Of a stretch of DNA of 64,000 nt, positions 63,308-64,000 are shown one piece after another (the first letter of the stretch is position 1; the number at the start of each line of letters is the position of its first letter). A program made the position numbers and the translations under genes. The notes below the pieces were generated by a model that was not told the DNA's origin, searched no databases, and was given only the letters and a program-made list of their open reading frames with translations. The DNA comes from Terriglobia bacterium (GTDB taxonomy: Bacteria; Acidobacteriota; Terriglobia; JAJPHL01; JAPKYU01), in contig CBDBKE010000004.1 in assembly GCA_965206645.1 (NCBI GenBank), positions 416,001 through 480,000 on the forward strand. The letters are read 5' to 3'.

Positions 63308-64000
63308 GGTACTGTCAAGTTCAGTGGGAGCGTGGCAGACTTGGCCGATGAAACGCGACACGCTGAGCTACCATGGATATCGATTCCCACCCGACATTAT
63401 CAGCCACGCCGTCTGGCTGTATCACCGCTTCGGTGTGAGCTTTCGCGATGTCGAAGATCTCCTGGCCCAACGCGGCATTACGGCGTCCTACGAAGCGATC
63501 CGGCTGTGGTGCCTCACGGTCGGTTCAGTATACGCTCGCCGGCTCAAGCGTCGACAGGGCCGGCTGGGCGACATCTGGCACCTGGACGAGGTCTTCGTCA
63601 CCATCCAGGGACAGCGGCGCTATCTCTGGCGTGCCGTCGATCAAGATGGTGACGTCATCGATATCCTCGTCCAGTCGCATCGCGACTGTCGGGCGGCTAC
63701 ACGCTTTTTCCGCAAGCTGTTGAAGGGCCAGGAGCGTACGCCTGGGCGGTTGGTCACCGACAAGCTGAGCAGCTACAGGGCTGCGCACCGAGCGGTCATG
63801 CCGTCCGTCGCCCATCGCACGGACCGATACGAGAACAATCGCGCCGAAGTCTCCCACCAGCCCACACGGCAACGCGAGCGACAAATGCGCCGGTTCAAAT
63901 CTCCCGGGCAGGCACAACGATTCTTGTCCGTGCATGGACTCGTCCGCAACCTCTTCCGCGTTGGCCGTCACCTGGTGCGAGCGGTGCATCATCGGGAGCT
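63308..64000 (+). mobile_element. IS6-family element (transposase from 63348, runs off window)
   Basis: Left IR GGTACTGTCAAGTT; YRFPPDIISHAVWLY, WHLDEVF, LWRAVD, TDKL, NNRAE. Confidence 0.93.

Larger units (their letters stand above)
17305..64000. mobile_element. tRNA-Val-anchored mosaic genomic island, right end beyond window
   Basis: Abrupt switch from core genes to IS, plasmid, satellite and defence cargo exactly at the tRNA fragment. Confidence 0.75.

Overview
GC-rich bacterial chromosome segment; the gene content suggests Acidobacteriota, but this is inference only. Bases 1-17.3 kb are mostly core genes (lutABC lactate utilisation, a glycerate/glyoxylate cluster, an L,D-transpeptidase, an MFS transporter, a DUF58 gene), interrupted by IS1380 and IS256. 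This part also holds a hidden selenoprotein: a thioredoxin-fold UxxC gene split by the ORF caller at an in-frame TGA that is followed by a SECIS-like hairpin. At 17305-17354 the isolated 3' half of tRNA-Val(CAC) marks an att site, and everything from there to the window end looks like a mosaic genomic island. The island carries many IS elements (IS3, IS5, IS6, IS30, IS1380), a group II intron, integrated plasmid remnants (repA/parA/mobC), phage-satellite-like modules (Cre-like integrases, TerS-like genes, a portal fragment, SSB/primase/helicase) and defence genes (type I RM, an MmeI-like RM gene, HEPN proteins). The standout is a two-gene operon: a metallo-beta-lactamase-fold protein ending in a ubiquitin-like ...VGFG|RGA tail, overlapping a ~1170-aa E2-E1-JAB-patatin fusion. 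This resembles CBASS Cap2+Cap3+CapV in one polypeptide with no cyclase. A solitary type I-E CRISPR repeat also sits in the island. All calls come from motif reading; no database searches were run.
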